The notes beneath the pieces are model-generated. The model had not been told where the DNA came from, did not search any database, and was given only the letters and a program-made list of their open reading frames with translations. A stretch of DNA of 30,862 bases from a virus (lineage: Duplodnaviria; Caudoviricetes), in IMG/VR virus record IMGVR_UViG_3300032281_001136, positions 1 to 30,862 of that record. One strand, given 5' to 3'. Numbering within the stretch: position 1 is the stretch's first letter; every line of letters begins with the position of its first letter. The position numbers and the translations under genes are program-made. Positions 1-10,500 of the stretch are shown in pieces.

Positions 1-578
1 TAGTCAGCATAACCACCTTTTGATGTTTTAGTAACAGTAAAGTCTAAACCACCTTGGTAGTCTGTTGGTAAGTTTTCTAACTCTGGATCAAGTAATGCTG
101 ATTTGATCAAGTTAAAAATCTGTGGACTAATAATAAATCTACGAATTGGATTTTCTGGTGTCTTATCGTCTGTGATAGGATTCTCACGCACAAAACCTTG
201 GAACAAGTATGATCTTTTCTTCCAATACTTACGGCCCATTTCTTCTAAACTTTGGTCCTTGAACCAAGTACGGACTTCTGCTAAGATTGGACATGCTTCG
301 CCCCACATCTCAACGCATGGTACTTGTACAGTGACTGGTTTACTGTCTGCTTGGCCTTTAACGCCAGCAAATGGTAAATTGATCATTGCTCGTTCTGCCC
401 AAAAGAATGTGTTTTTTGTGTCTGCGTCTGGAAGGAATCTAATGCGAGCGTTTGTGCCTTCTTGGATGTTCCAGTGTGCGTAGATAGCGTTGTCGCCGCC
501 GCCTTGTGAATTACCGCCTGTGCCACGGTTTTCTGATGCTTGTAACTTTGCACGGATTTCTGCTAAACTTGTTGCCAT
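1..578 (-). CDS. gp32: Single-stranded DNA-binding protein, T4 gp32-like (3' end truncated by window edge)
   Basis: Not in the ORF track. Hand translation from ATG 578 gives MATSLAEIRAKLQ...NARIRFLPD...FFWAER...VPCVEMWGEACPILAE...GRKYWKKRSY...GLDFTVTKTSKGGYAD, open to the edge. IRFLP, CPI and the DF..K...GGYAD motifs are gp32-like. SD AGGAG lies upstream. Confidence 0.9.
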   Translation of the reverse strand, partial: MATSLAEIRAKLQASENRGTGGNSQGGGDNAIYAHWNIQEGTNARIRFLPDADTKNTFFWAERAMINLPFAGVKGQADSKPVTVQVPCVEMWGEACPILAEVRTWFKDQSLEEMGRKYWKKRSYLFQGFVRENPITDDKTPENPIRRFIISPQIFNLIKSALLDPELENLPTDYQGGLDFTVTKTSKGGYAD

Positions 579-640
579 GTTATTACTCCTTGTGTTTTAA
601 GTTGGTCTTTAATATGCCTAAACGTACTATGCATTTATAT

Positions 641-669
641 ATAATACGCTATTATTATTTATTCCGCAA
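641..669 (-). promoter_or_regulatory. Candidate sigma70-type promoter (TTGCGG-17-TATTAT) with a nested late-type box AATAAATA (656-663), upstream of gp32
   Basis: Read directly on the minus strand; 17-nt spacing. Overlaps the last codons and stop of the upstream SGNH gene. Confidence 0.5.
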
Positions 670-1477
670 CGGTTATTTTCAAATATTTTTTAGCCAAAGA
701 GTTTTTTACTATGTAATTTGCCCATAATTGATGTGCTTCCTTTGTTGGGTGCTTGGTTGCTTTTTTAGAATTATACGGACTAATTTCTAAAAAAGTCCAT
801 AATTTTTTAGCTTTTTCTATAGAATTAATCAAATACAATTTAAAATCTGCGTCATGGTCGTACTTTTTATTTAATGGCATAAACCCAACTCCGCTGGCTA
901 TCCCTGTCGTTTTAATCATACTATACTCCATTTTTGCCCATTTTGTATTTTCAATTTTTAATTGATCAAATATTACTTCAACCCAAGTTTTCTCAAGACA
1001 CCAAGGATACAATTTTGTTTTTGGATAGTAGTCGGTGAAATTTCTTCCAACAATTAAATTAATAGTTTGATTTTTTAAAATTAATGCATTAATTTTGTCT
1101 AAATGATTTTGTTCTATTGTTTGTAATTCTTCATCAATTTCCTTAAGATTCGATATTTCCACATTGCGGCCCGTTTCGGTCAAAGTAATAATTATCCAGA
1201 CTTTTTTATATTTTGAGTAATCAGTATTGAGATGTTTTTCAAATTTATTAATTATATGATCATTTGACCCTCCGGGCCTAGCATCATTGATCCAATCTGC
1301 ATCAAGTTGATCTGATAGGTGACGACCATAACAGCCCGTTTGTCGTGCTAAAATATTATCTTCAACTCCTTGATCTACATTTATATTCCCTAAGCTATCA
1401 CCCCAAGTCCAACTATCTCCAATGGTAATGACTAAATTTATTGAATTATTGATAATTTCAAATTTTTCTTCTCTCAT
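659..1477 (-). CDS. SGNH/GDSL-hydrolase-like protein
   Basis: Block I GDSWTWG, block II-like PGGSN and C-terminal HPT..AH..WA; very AT-rich. Confidence 0.7.
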   Translation of the reverse strand: MREEKFEIINNSINLVITIGDSWTWGDSLGNINVDQGVEDNILARQTGCYGRHLSDQLDADWINDARPGGSNDHIINKFEKHLNTDYSKYKKVWIIITLTETGRNVEISNLKEIDEELQTIEQNHLDKINALILKNQTINLIVGRNFTDYYPKTKLYPWCLEKTWVEVIFDQLKIENTKWAKMEYSMIKTTGIASGVGFMPLNKKYDHDADFKLYLINSIEKAKKLWTFLEISPYNSKKATKHPTKEAHQLWANYIVKNSLAKKYLKITVAE

Positions 1478-1493
1478 ATCCAGTTACTTATTT

Positions 1494-2273
1494 TTAAACT
1501 AAATAGGGTAAAAATTTATCAACTACCTGTCGATATCCTTCAATTTTAGGGTGACAATCGTTCCAATATCTCCAAATTATGTTAAGTTTGTTTGCATTAT
1601 CGATGGCAAGTTTTTTAAATTCAACTGGAAATTTTTTCATAATTTTAGAATTATCAGATAATTGAGTAATCCATTCGGGGTCACTGATGTAACAATCTTC
1701 CAAAAGATTAGGTATTAATAATTTTGTTATACTGGGGATTACTGGAATAAGATTATTATATTGATTTATGTTTGGATGCAGTTGACCCCACCCACCGGCA
1801 CACAATATTTTCTTATTATATGTTTGACCTATGCTATTTAATTTAGTATAAAAATCATTGAAATATTTGTTAATAAACTCATTTAATGTTCTATAGTCTA
1901 ATAGTTCATCAACAAATTTTTTCTCAAGTAATTTCCTATATCCTTTAGGATCGCCTGGGTATTCTGTATCAAAATAATGCCGTTCACGAAAAATATCTGT
2001 TTGTAGGAATATAATATGATCTATGTTTTTTAAATTAAATTCTTTTTTATCAGCTGGATCTACTCCAAACAAGCATGTACCTGTATCGTCCCAACGATTT
2101 TCTAATCGATCAATTAACAGCCAATTTGCGCATCCAGGTTTACTTATATTAATCACAGAATGTCCAAGATCTGCTAATATAGTATGTATTCCTTGACCAA
2201 TCGGTTTATACGTCTCACCTTTTCCAGAAAATACACCTATTCCCCAACTATCTCCCGCTAATAAAATTTTCAT
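1494..2273 (-). CDS. SGNH/GDSL-hydrolase-like protein
   Basis: MKILLAGDSWG, PGCAN and C-terminal DCHPKIEGY; very AT-rich. Confidence 0.7.
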   Translation of the reverse strand: MKILLAGDSWGIGVFSGKGETYKPIGQGIHTILADLGHSVINISKPGCANWLLIDRLENRWDDTGTCLFGVDPADKKEFNLKNIDHIIFLQTDIFRERHYFDTEYPGDPKGYRKLLEKKFVDELLDYRTLNEFINKYFNDFYTKLNSIGQTYNKKILCAGGWGQLHPNINQYNNLIPVIPSITKLLIPNLLEDCYISDPEWITQLSDNSKIMKKFPVEFKKLAIDNANKLNIIWRYWNDCHPKIEGYRQVVDKFLPYLV

Positions 2274-2295
2274 ATTGTGATAAATGTCGTTGAAT

Positions 2296-2323
2296 AAAAA
2301 AGGCAGAATAAATCTGCCTTTTT
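2296..2323. terminator. Intrinsic terminator, potentially bidirectional
   Basis: AAAAAGGCAGA-ataaa-TCTGCCTTTTT inverted repeat with A/T tails, just downstream of the 779-aa gene stop. Confidence 0.85.
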
Positions 2324-2336
2324 GTGATATTGTATC

Positions 2337-4676
2337 TTATTTTAAGCCTGCTAATTTCTTCATTTGTTCTCTTTCTTGATTGTAATCTGCTTGTCTTTGG
2401 TAAGCAGGTTTAGTAGTGTCTACACCTACCCAACCTGGTTTTTTCTTGTCGTCGATACCTGGTAATGTACCTGTAGGTTGACCTGGTGTTATGCCTTTAC
2501 GCTGAAATGTTGGTTTATCATATGGTTTATAATCAGGATTATCAGGTAATTCTATTGCTTCTTTAGCTACTCTTTCTGCATTTAATTTTAGGATATGATA
2601 GTGATCATCATCGACTTTAATAATATAGTTTTCATCTTGGTCACCCACTACTTGACCTGAAATTTCTGGTTGAGTTTTATCTCTAATCGTGTCACCTACA
2701 TTAATAGCGCCTTCATTTACTAATCTTTCAAATGCCTCTTCTAAGGTTTCATCTTTAGTCATCTTTTCTGTTCGTCTGCGGGCAACATCGCTCATGTGAT
2801 GGATTTTACCTACAGGGTCTTTCTTCTTGCCTTTGATTTTTTCCCAGTCGCCTTCGTGGCTCCAACTTTTTACTTTGCCTGTTTCTGGATCTTTTTCTAC
2901 TGTGTCTTTAGCTTCATTTGTTTCTGGATATTCTACGCCCACTTCGTTATATACTTCACGGACCATGATGCTGATATCACTTGAGCCTATTTCTTCCATT
3001 GGTGCATGGAATGATGCTACATCACTCGCAGCATTCATGATACCTTCTGGACCTGCTTTTTTAAGTAATTCGTTATGATCATTAATGCTGTTTAGGATTC
3101 TACGGATAATCGCTGATTGTATCGATTCAATGTTTGCTAATAGGTCGTCCTGATCTTCATCTTCGTTTACTTCATCTTTTTCAAATTCTTTCTTTGTAAC
3201 CCAGTGGTTTTCATCACAGCAGCCCATTTTATCATCACGTGGGTCACCGCAATAAACACATACCTGTTCATTGTCATCTATATCTCTTTCTTCATATACT
3301 ACGCCATCCATGCCGCCATCACCTGCGCCATAAGTATTACCTTCGTCTACTTCTGGTTGTTCTGCTGGTTCTGCGGGAACATCTGGATCACCAATTTCAT
3401 TTTCAATTTGTTGATAAATGTGTGGTAAATTATCATATAGCCAATTTGAGATTGTGTCACGTGCATCAGCTTCTGGGTCGGCTTCTGCTAATGCTTCTAA
3501 ACGATCAAATAATCTATCATCGCCTAATACATTATACAAAGCGTTAGTGGCATTCTGTGCATCAACACCCACCGGTAATGGATTACTTAAGATGTCAATT
3601 AATTTGCTGACATCGTCTTCACTGTCAGGAAGTGCCCATGCTCCTTCAGCGATTGCACTGGCCCAATTTTCAAATTGTTCTGTAAATTTATTATTCTTCT
3701 TCATATCATAAGCCTTGTAAACAAGAGGTAATGCTTCTTCCATTTTATCGTTATAAACACGTTTAACAAAACGTTCTTTAATTGCATCAACATCCATATC
3801 TTCTTCTGGAATATAGCTGGTTGATGTATGTTCAAATTGTTCTTTGCAAGTTGAGTAGCCTTTTTTACCACTCATACGTTGTAGAGTATTTTTTAATAAT
3901 CCATGATATTCAAATGCTGCTTCTACCATAGTAGTTGTTTCTGCGTCTTCAAATGTTCTGTGTCTGACATTGTTTAAGAATGGTTTAAGTTTAATTGCTT
4001 CTTGTGCCATTTCACAGATATGTTGCCCCAATTCATCATGTGGGGTTCCGCCAGCACTAATGTGTCGTGCCATTGCACGTGACGCTGTTAGGCTTTTAAA
4101 GGGCATCTTAAAGCGTTCACCTTCAGAATTTTCAACATAGACTGCATTAATATTATGAGCTCGAGCACGACGATTATTATCATCTTGTATTGGTTTGCTA
4201 TGGCGGACTATGATGCGGACGGGCCCAAACCGCTCGTAGCTGGATTTAGTAGTACCGTAAAGTTTACTTTCACTGACCACCTCATCTTTGTCAAAGGTAT
4301 TGTCTGCTTTGCTTACTTGTTGTAAATCACGATGTTTAAGTGTTGAACGAGTAATATCACGTGGTTCAAAACTTAACAGATTACGTTTAGCAAATTCACG
4401 TAGTTCGCGTAGGAAACTATACCAAGTATCACGTTGTTCGTCGGATAAATCGTGACTAATATTTTTACTAAAGTAGATTTTTAAAGATGTTTCATCAATG
4501 ATACTTAAAGTAACATTACCATAGTTATGATCGTCTACTACATAGTCAAAGTTGAAAAAACGTGCTTTTTCTGGATCTGTAGTGGCCTTTGCTTTTTCGT
4601 CACCTAAGCTGACATCTTCAAATCTATCACGGATTTTCTCAAATAGACCTTCTGCGATTTTGTTAATTTCTCTCAT
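2337..4676 (-). CDS. Large acidic phage protein, putative virion/internal head protein
   Basis: 779 aa with a globular-looking N-half and a very D/E-rich modular C-half. Ends MKKLAGLK, lies directly after the terminase and has a late promoter box. Confidence 0.6.
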   Translation of the reverse strand: MREINKIAEGLFEKIRDRFEDVSLGDEKAKATTDPEKARFFNFDYVVDDHNYGNVTLSIIDETSLKIYFSKNISHDLSDEQRDTWYSFLRELREFAKRNLLSFEPRDITRSTLKHRDLQQVSKADNTFDKDEVVSESKLYGTTKSSYERFGPVRIIVRHSKPIQDDNNRRARAHNINAVYVENSEGERFKMPFKSLTASRAMARHISAGGTPHDELGQHICEMAQEAIKLKPFLNNVRHRTFEDAETTTMVEAAFEYHGLLKNTLQRMSGKKGYSTCKEQFEHTSTSYIPEEDMDVDAIKERFVKRVYNDKMEEALPLVYKAYDMKKNNKFTEQFENWASAIAEGAWALPDSEDDVSKLIDILSNPLPVGVDAQNATNALYNVLGDDRLFDRLEALAEADPEADARDTISNWLYDNLPHIYQQIENEIGDPDVPAEPAEQPEVDEGNTYGAGDGGMDGVVYEERDIDDNEQVCVYCGDPRDDKMGCCDENHWVTKKEFEKDEVNEDEDQDDLLANIESIQSAIIRRILNSINDHNELLKKAGPEGIMNAASDVASFHAPMEEIGSSDISIMVREVYNEVGVEYPETNEAKDTVEKDPETGKVKSWSHEGDWEKIKGKKKDPVGKIHHMSDVARRRTEKMTKDETLEEAFERLVNEGAINVGDTIRDKTQPEISGQVVGDQDENYIIKVDDDHYHILKLNAERVAKEAIELPDNPDYKPYDKPTFQRKGITPGQPTGTLPGIDDKKKPGWVGVDTTKPAYQRQADYNQEREQMKKLAGLK

Positions 4677-4681
4677 GTAAG

Positions 4682-4689
4682 TATTTATC
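4682..4689 (-). promoter_or_regulatory. Late promoter box GATAAATA
   Basis: Resembles the T4 late consensus TATAAATA; 5 nt before ATG 4676. Confidence 0.7.
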
Positions 4690-6257
4690 TAACTGATGAA
4701 GAACGGCATGGGCTCAACTATATCTTCTAAACTGTCTTTCATTGAATAGTCAAGCTGGCTATCAAAGCTCTGTAGCATCTGCGCCATACGCACTATTAGT
4801 ATTAGGCTCATTACTAAGTCATCTGTTTCACCGGGTTTAGCCGCATAACTGGTACCGTGTGCTACAAACGTTTTAAGTTCAGATATCAATGGACGACTTA
4901 CGATCATCATACGTTTTGATTCTATTAGGTTTTTAAGTTTAGCACAGGCGGATATTTTAGATGAGTTTGTAGTATTAAATCCTTTGCGATATCGACGTCC
5001 TGATCCCATACGTTTAGGTTCGCTTAGGAATATACCTCTAATATTTTCTTCACCAATTTCACTAATGCAAATTAATGCTGCTTCACCTACAGTATTGTTT
5101 TCAACGCTATAATAAATATTGTTAGGATTTACTGTTTCAGCTAGATATTTGGTAATTTCTGTTAGGATACCTACTTGTTGTTGTATGGGTGTACGATTAT
5201 GTTGCCACTCTGCTACTTGTTTAAACGTAGGTAATTCAAATACCTGTATACCAGCAGGGTCGCCCCCTGTACCAAGGCTTGGATCTAATGCTACTACATA
5301 GGTATATTGTGCTTCTGGTTTTTTATACCAACGTACTTGTCCTTGGCGTTCTATTGGATCTAAGCCGTCCATTTCAACTAAGAAACTTGGATTAATTAAG
5401 GTTTCATCCCAGATAATAAACTCACAGTCCATCTCACGGCGGAAACGCTCATCACCTAACTGTGCTCGCTGTTGTACTGCCCACGCTTCGTCGCGATCAG
5501 GATGTTCATTCCAATAGCTACGGAATGCTTTGAATCCGTTAATCCCTATTTCAGTTGGGTTGCCAAACTCATCAAACTGTTTGTTGGCGCCTTTCCATAG
5601 GGTAGCAAACTGATCTTCATCACTGTTAGGTGTTGATGTAATAATACATTTACCGCCAGTGGCTAAAGTAGGGCTAATAGAAGTCCAGAATTCTCGTCCT
5701 ATAGTAGGACGGACAAATGCAAACTCATCAGCATACAATAGTGATATGGACATACCGCGACCAGTGTTTTCAGTAGTTGTAGCTGAAATAATACGACTAC
5801 CGTTATCGAAGTCTATACTACCTTTGTTGTAACTCACAGCACCTGCACGTATAAAGTCCGGCACGCTTTCATAAGCGTAGCGTATACGTTGCATGATTTC
5901 TTGTGAGCCTGTGTATTTGTGTGCGGCAATTAGGATGGTGCTGTCAGGCACGAACATCGCGTACCAAAGCAAGTACCCTGCGGCACTTGTTGACTTACCT
6001 GTTTGCCGAGGCATTAGTGAGATGCTGAATCGGTAGTTATGGTATGAATGTATTAGGCGTTTTTGATACTCATATGGTTTATATAACATACGTCCTTGTG
6101 TAGGATGCTGTATGTAGAAATAATTACTCATGAAGTATTCAGGGCCCGTGACAGGATCTGCGCACTTTGCGAATTCTTTTAATTGTTCTTCTGTAAAAGT
6201 CTCACGAGTATGTGGCTTCTTTACGAGAACACTATCTGTTCCTCTTGCGTTTGCCAT
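4689..6257 (-). CDS. terL: Terminase large subunit, T4 gp17-like
   Basis: Walker A MPRQTGKST, Walker B LLYADEFAF, coupling motif ITSTPN, and RNase H-like nuclease motifs VALDPS, ENN and DDLVMS. Confidence 0.96.
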   Translation of the reverse strand: MANARGTDSVLVKKPHTRETFTEEQLKEFAKCADPVTGPEYFMSNYFYIQHPTQGRMLYKPYEYQKRLIHSYHNYRFSISLMPRQTGKSTSAAGYLLWYAMFVPDSTILIAAHKYTGSQEIMQRIRYAYESVPDFIRAGAVSYNKGSIDFDNGSRIISATTTENTGRGMSISLLYADEFAFVRPTIGREFWTSISPTLATGGKCIITSTPNSDEDQFATLWKGANKQFDEFGNPTEIGINGFKAFRSYWNEHPDRDEAWAVQQRAQLGDERFRREMDCEFIIWDETLINPSFLVEMDGLDPIERQGQVRWYKKPEAQYTYVVALDPSLGTGGDPAGIQVFELPTFKQVAEWQHNRTPIQQQVGILTEITKYLAETVNPNNIYYSVENNTVGEAALICISEIGEENIRGIFLSEPKRMGSGRRYRKGFNTTNSSKISACAKLKNLIESKRMMIVSRPLISELKTFVAHGTSYAAKPGETDDLVMSLILIVRMAQMLQSFDSQLDYSMKDSLEDIVEPMPFFIS

Positions 6258-6262
6258 ACTAA

Positions 6263-6270
6263 TACTTATC
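6263..6270 (-). promoter_or_regulatory. Late promoter box variant GATAAGTA
   Basis: One mismatch to GATAAATA; 5 nt before terL ATG 6257, with no SD. Confidence 0.55.
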
Positions 6271-6293
6271 TTGGATTTACGTGAGTGCTACAA

Positions 6294-6521
6294 TTACCAG
6301 GGTTTTTCACCTGTCATGTATGGTAAACTAAACCATAGTTTAAACCATTCTGGCGTACCTGGTTGGATGTTATGTGTGTTTTGGTATTGTATTTTTTCGT
6401 TGGCAGTTACGCTCATATTACTGCCTTCTGTGCTGACTGTGCCTTCACCCTTATATTCCTGTAGGCGGCCAACGTTTTGAGTGATACCAGCTAACTGGCG
6501 TATTTGGTCTAAGTCGTCCAT
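6294..6521 (-). CDS. Small hypothetical protein (IRQLAGI and IQPGTPEWFKLWF motifs)
   Basis: 75 aa; start overlaps the previous stop (TAATG) in the co-oriented block. Confidence 0.75.
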   Translation of the reverse strand: MDDLDQIRQLAGITQNVGRLQEYKGEGTVSTEGSNMSVTANEKIQYQNTHNIQPGTPEWFKLWFSLPYMTGEKPW

Positions 6522-6916
6522 TATTTTGATTTGCGTTTGTTTTTAGGTTGTATGCGGCCACGATCTTTCATAGGGCTAACTTTGTTTGTGTCATCGGGCT
6601 CACGGCTCTTGTGATCTTTTTCAGTATGATATTTTTCGCTGCTTACTGTTTTAAATGCTGATCTCATCATTTTGTGTTCAGCTTCTGAATAAGGACGGGC
6701 AACATTGTATTTTTCAACCCATGAACTTTGTGGCATATCCACAGCATTTTCTGACACACCATCTGCCATGGCACTGGCCATCATGATACGATTAAAATTG
6801 TAACCACGATCTATACCGCCAGCATCACGAAACTGCCATTCACCTGTATCTGCACGTGTCTGCAGATCTGGCTTTTTGCCGTCGCGGCCTTCTGTGATGA
6901 TTTCATTAATTTTCAC
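6521..6916 (-). CDS. Hypothetical protein, putative internal head protein
   Basis: 131 aa; GTG start abuts the previous stop; N-terminus MKINEIITE. Confidence 0.7.
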   Translation of the reverse strand: MKINEIITEGRDGKKPDLQTRADTGEWQFRDAGGIDRGYNFNRIMMASAMADGVSENAVDMPQSSWVEKYNVARPYSEAEHKMMRSAFKTVSSEKYHTEKDHKSREPDDTNKVSPMKDRGRIQPKNKRKSK

Positions 6917-7510
6917 TTACACACTCCAAAATTGTTTCAGATGTGCCAGTGTAGCATCTAGATCCGCTTCAGGATTAAACTCACCGTCTTCATCGTGAAA
7001 CGCTGCTGACGCTTGATTAAAGGCATTATTCCTAGCATCAAAAGTTCTGCTATCAATCCCCTCATCATCATAGTCTGCTCTAAGAGCATCATCTGTGAAA
7101 TCCATGGCCCAAGCTACGTCATCAAGATTTTTAGGTCCTGATACCAGTATGCGTCTTAGTTTTTTATTTGTTAGATGATCAAATGTCTGTGATTCGTTTA
7201 TTTCGTCGTCTTCGTCTTCTTTACTGTTAATTAGCATACTGCGTAGACTAGGAATGCTACCTGGTTGGCGGCGATCATCTAAAAAACTTTCTAAGTGTGG
7301 TGCTAGATAACTACGAATTTGTCCTGCGAATGGACCTGGAACGTCACGACCAAAGCGTGCCAGATCGTTAGCAATACCAGCGGCTTGATTAAGATGTTCT
7401 TCAAGTTGATCTAACATGTCGCTAAGATGGGCGGTATCAACGTTTTCTTTGATAGGTTCACCTGCTGCGATAGCATCCATAATTTCAACAAATTCGCGTA
7501 GCTCTTTCAT
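6917..7510 (-). CDS. Acidic hypothetical protein, putative internal head protein
   Basis: 197 aa; N-terminus MKELREFVE; internal IKE and INE sites divide it into modules. Confidence 0.7.
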   Translation of the reverse strand: MKELREFVEIMDAIAAGEPIKENVDTAHLSDMLDQLEEHLNQAAGIANDLARFGRDVPGPFAGQIRSYLAPHLESFLDDRRQPGSIPSLRSMLINSKEDEDDEINESQTFDHLTNKKLRRILVSGPKNLDDVAWAMDFTDDALRADYDDEGIDSRTFDARNNAFNQASAAFHDEDGEFNPEADLDATLAHLKQFWSV

Positions 7511-7512
7511 AA

Positions 7513-10500
7513 TTATGCCTTTACGTCGTTAATCATTTCTTCGTAGGCTTTCCATAGGCTTTCTTCTTTAGCTTCTGCTACTGCCATTGGATTATCACCA
7601 GGATATTCTTTTTTATACTGGCGTTTAGCACGATTTAGATCAGCACCAGCTGGGATCGCAGCATCTGTTCCTGCTACTTCTTCACGTGGAGAATTTGTAT
7701 ATTCTACATCACGTTCTGTAGGGCCATCTTCTTCAAGTGATTCGCAACCACACGGTGAGCTACCGCATATGCCACATGATTGTTCTGCTGGTTGTGCTTG
7801 TATTGCAATCATTGGCATGCCACTTAGTTTACGGATTAGATTAACTACATCTTCTTCACCGTTGGCTGATACATTAACATTGATATCTTCTTTTACTGTA
7901 TATTTTTTGCCGTCCACTTCAAACTCCTTTTCTCCGGATGCTTTGGCTTTGGCTAAAGCGCCTGAGAACTCGTTACCTTCTGTTGACATTTCTTCTTCAA
8001 GATCGCTGGTATCTTTGAATTTTTTACCGTCTAATTCAAATTCGCCACCTTTTTCTGTAGCGGCCAATTTACCAGTAAATGCGTTACCTTCTGTTTCAAT
8101 TGATTCATCTTTGATAGGCGTAGTATCGATACCAGCGGCTGCTAAGAACATTTCTTTTTTAAATCTTGAATTTTGTTGCTTGAATATGTCTGCATGATAC
8201 ATGGCTAATTCTGTTCGTTTTGCCATATCTGGAATTGATTTTAGTAGATCAGCTACCATGCGGAAATCTTTGCGTGTCGCAGCTTCATTCAATTCATCTT
8301 CGCTACAGCCCATACCTTCGTCCATGGCGTTTTCATCTTCGCAACAGCAAGGATCAGCGTTACATTTTGGACATCCTGCATAGGTCAATGGACTTGCTGA
8401 ATCACCTGGTACCATCGGATTATAGTTTTCTCGTGTTAGTCCAGCCAAGCGAGCGATTTCATCTAATTCTTGTTGGGCATCTAATAGTGGTTCTTCACTG
8501 ACAAATGAGTTCATTGGTGAACCGCATTCTGCCATTTCTTTTTCTTTGCTAGCACAGAAATGTCCATATGATGTAGCACAGTCACTTAAGAAGTCTTCAT
8601 CATAATGAACTAACCAACGAGCTGCTTTTGGTGTTAGTTTCATTTCAATCAGTTCGTCATATACTGCTTTGACAAACGCTTCTGAATTTGCATCTAATCC
8701 TGATTGTTCATCACAAAGGATACGACCAATTGTTTCGTAAGTATATTCACTGCTTTCTGCATTGCGGCTTTCTTCTAACTTACCAGCTTTCTTTGCTTTC
8801 CATGCTGTTGCATAAGCAATACCTTTTTCTTTAGGTGTTACTTTGCCGTCTTTAGCATAGCCTTTCTTAATATGTTTAACCATACGTTCTGCTTTAGCAC
8901 CTGGGGGTGCTACTTCATCCATCTTGTCATGTTTTGCACGTAGCATAGCCATTTTTTCTTTGCTAGCACCGTCACGACCTGCTTGCTGTAGAGCTTTCAT
9001 GCCTTCTTTGCCATATTTCTTTTTACCTAGATATGCTTGTAGACCGCTTTCATCTAAGTCATCATCTTCTTTATCATCTTTCTGAGCCGATCCACCGTAG
9101 GCACGACCTTTGACAACACGTGAGGATGATTTATCGTCATCACCGCGTTCAGCACGTTCATCTTCTTGTTTGTCTTTTAGTGCTTGTAGGCGTTTACGTT
9201 TAGCAACTGCGTCCTTGTCTACCTCAGCTGGTTCGTGTTTTTTAGCGTCCTTGGCGGCTTTTTTCATTGGTTCATCCGTGTCACCATCTTTGTCAAGATC
9301 TAAGAAGTCTGGTTTAGCAGCTTCACGTAGTTTTTTATCTTCCACAGATCTAACTGCTTCAATGATGCTGGTTGGTTTTGTCATGGTTTTATTTCCTAAA
9401 GATTCCTGTAATTGTGGTTCTTGTGAACCTTGTGGTAATTTCTTATTACCGCTAAATTTGTCTTGGTCCATATCAGGAATATCCTGACCTTTATTCACTG
9501 ACATCACTTTGCGAACTGGACGAGGAGCATTTAAATTATTCATATAATCTCTTAATTTATCGGCATCAGCAAGAATAATATTGGTAAAATCTGAACGATC
9601 TTGGTTAGTCGTTCCTGGTCTTTTTAGTGAATTAATAAGTTTATCTACGGTAGATTTAGACAAGTTTACTACATTTTGACGTCCATCTGGACTGGTAAAT
9701 TGTAACACAACAGATACTGGAGGTTGCTGAGGAGTGTATCCTGATTGTGGGTTTTCTAATGCCTCTCTATACTTTTGATGTGCTGATAAAAAGTTTGCAA
9801 TTTTTTGTGCGTTTTGTATACCAGTATTACTACTAACACCCGTATCCATTTCTTCAAGTTGTGTTTCTTTCATATTTGCTACCTTTTTTGTGCGTCCAAG
9901 ATATTGAGACAGAGGATCAGTGTTAGCCGCATCTGCGGTTGTATCTACAGGATAGTTTGGATTTAATCCAGGACTAGCAATTTTTAATCCCGCACCTACA
10001 TTTGGGTCAGGTTGATTGGTTAGTTCTGCTGATTTTGCTTTAGATGTTACTTTCTGCGTTAATTTTGGTGCGGATGGGACTGCTGCTGGCGGTGCTACTG
10101 ATTGTGCGGGAGCCGATTGACCTTGATCTATTGACGCAGTAGCCGCATCCTGATCTTTTTCAATTGACTGTGCTGCAATGGCCGCTTGTTGGTCTGCTGC
10201 TGTTATTTCACCTTTGGCCACTTTATCATTTAATGTACGGAATCTTTGATCTGATGTAGTAATAACTTGGCGAAGTGCATCTTGATTTTGCTGTGTTTTA
10301 GCTAACATTTGCTGAGCCGAATCTAAATTTTTCTGTGTTCTTGCAAGATCATTGCGTTGTTGAGATGATTGTGTTGATAATACAGCAATACTATGCATTG
10401 CTGCTTCTAAATCATTTTTGGAAGCTGGATCTTGTGATTTTGCGGTAGCAAGAAAATTTTTGACAACAGGATTGTCACCTTTGTAATTTAAAGCAGGCGA

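Noticed and set aside
579-640. T4-style gp32 autoregulatory pseudoknot
   Set aside because: The leader is A-rich, but only a weak 4-bp pairing (ATGC/GCAT) is visible, which is insufficient support.
103-727. Plus-strand ORFs 103-483 and 506-727
   Set aside because: Antisense shadows of the gp32-like gene and its promoter region; no motifs or RBS.
4689-6257. Intron or intein in terminase
   Set aside because: Continuous 522-aa ORF with normally spaced ATPase and nuclease motifs.
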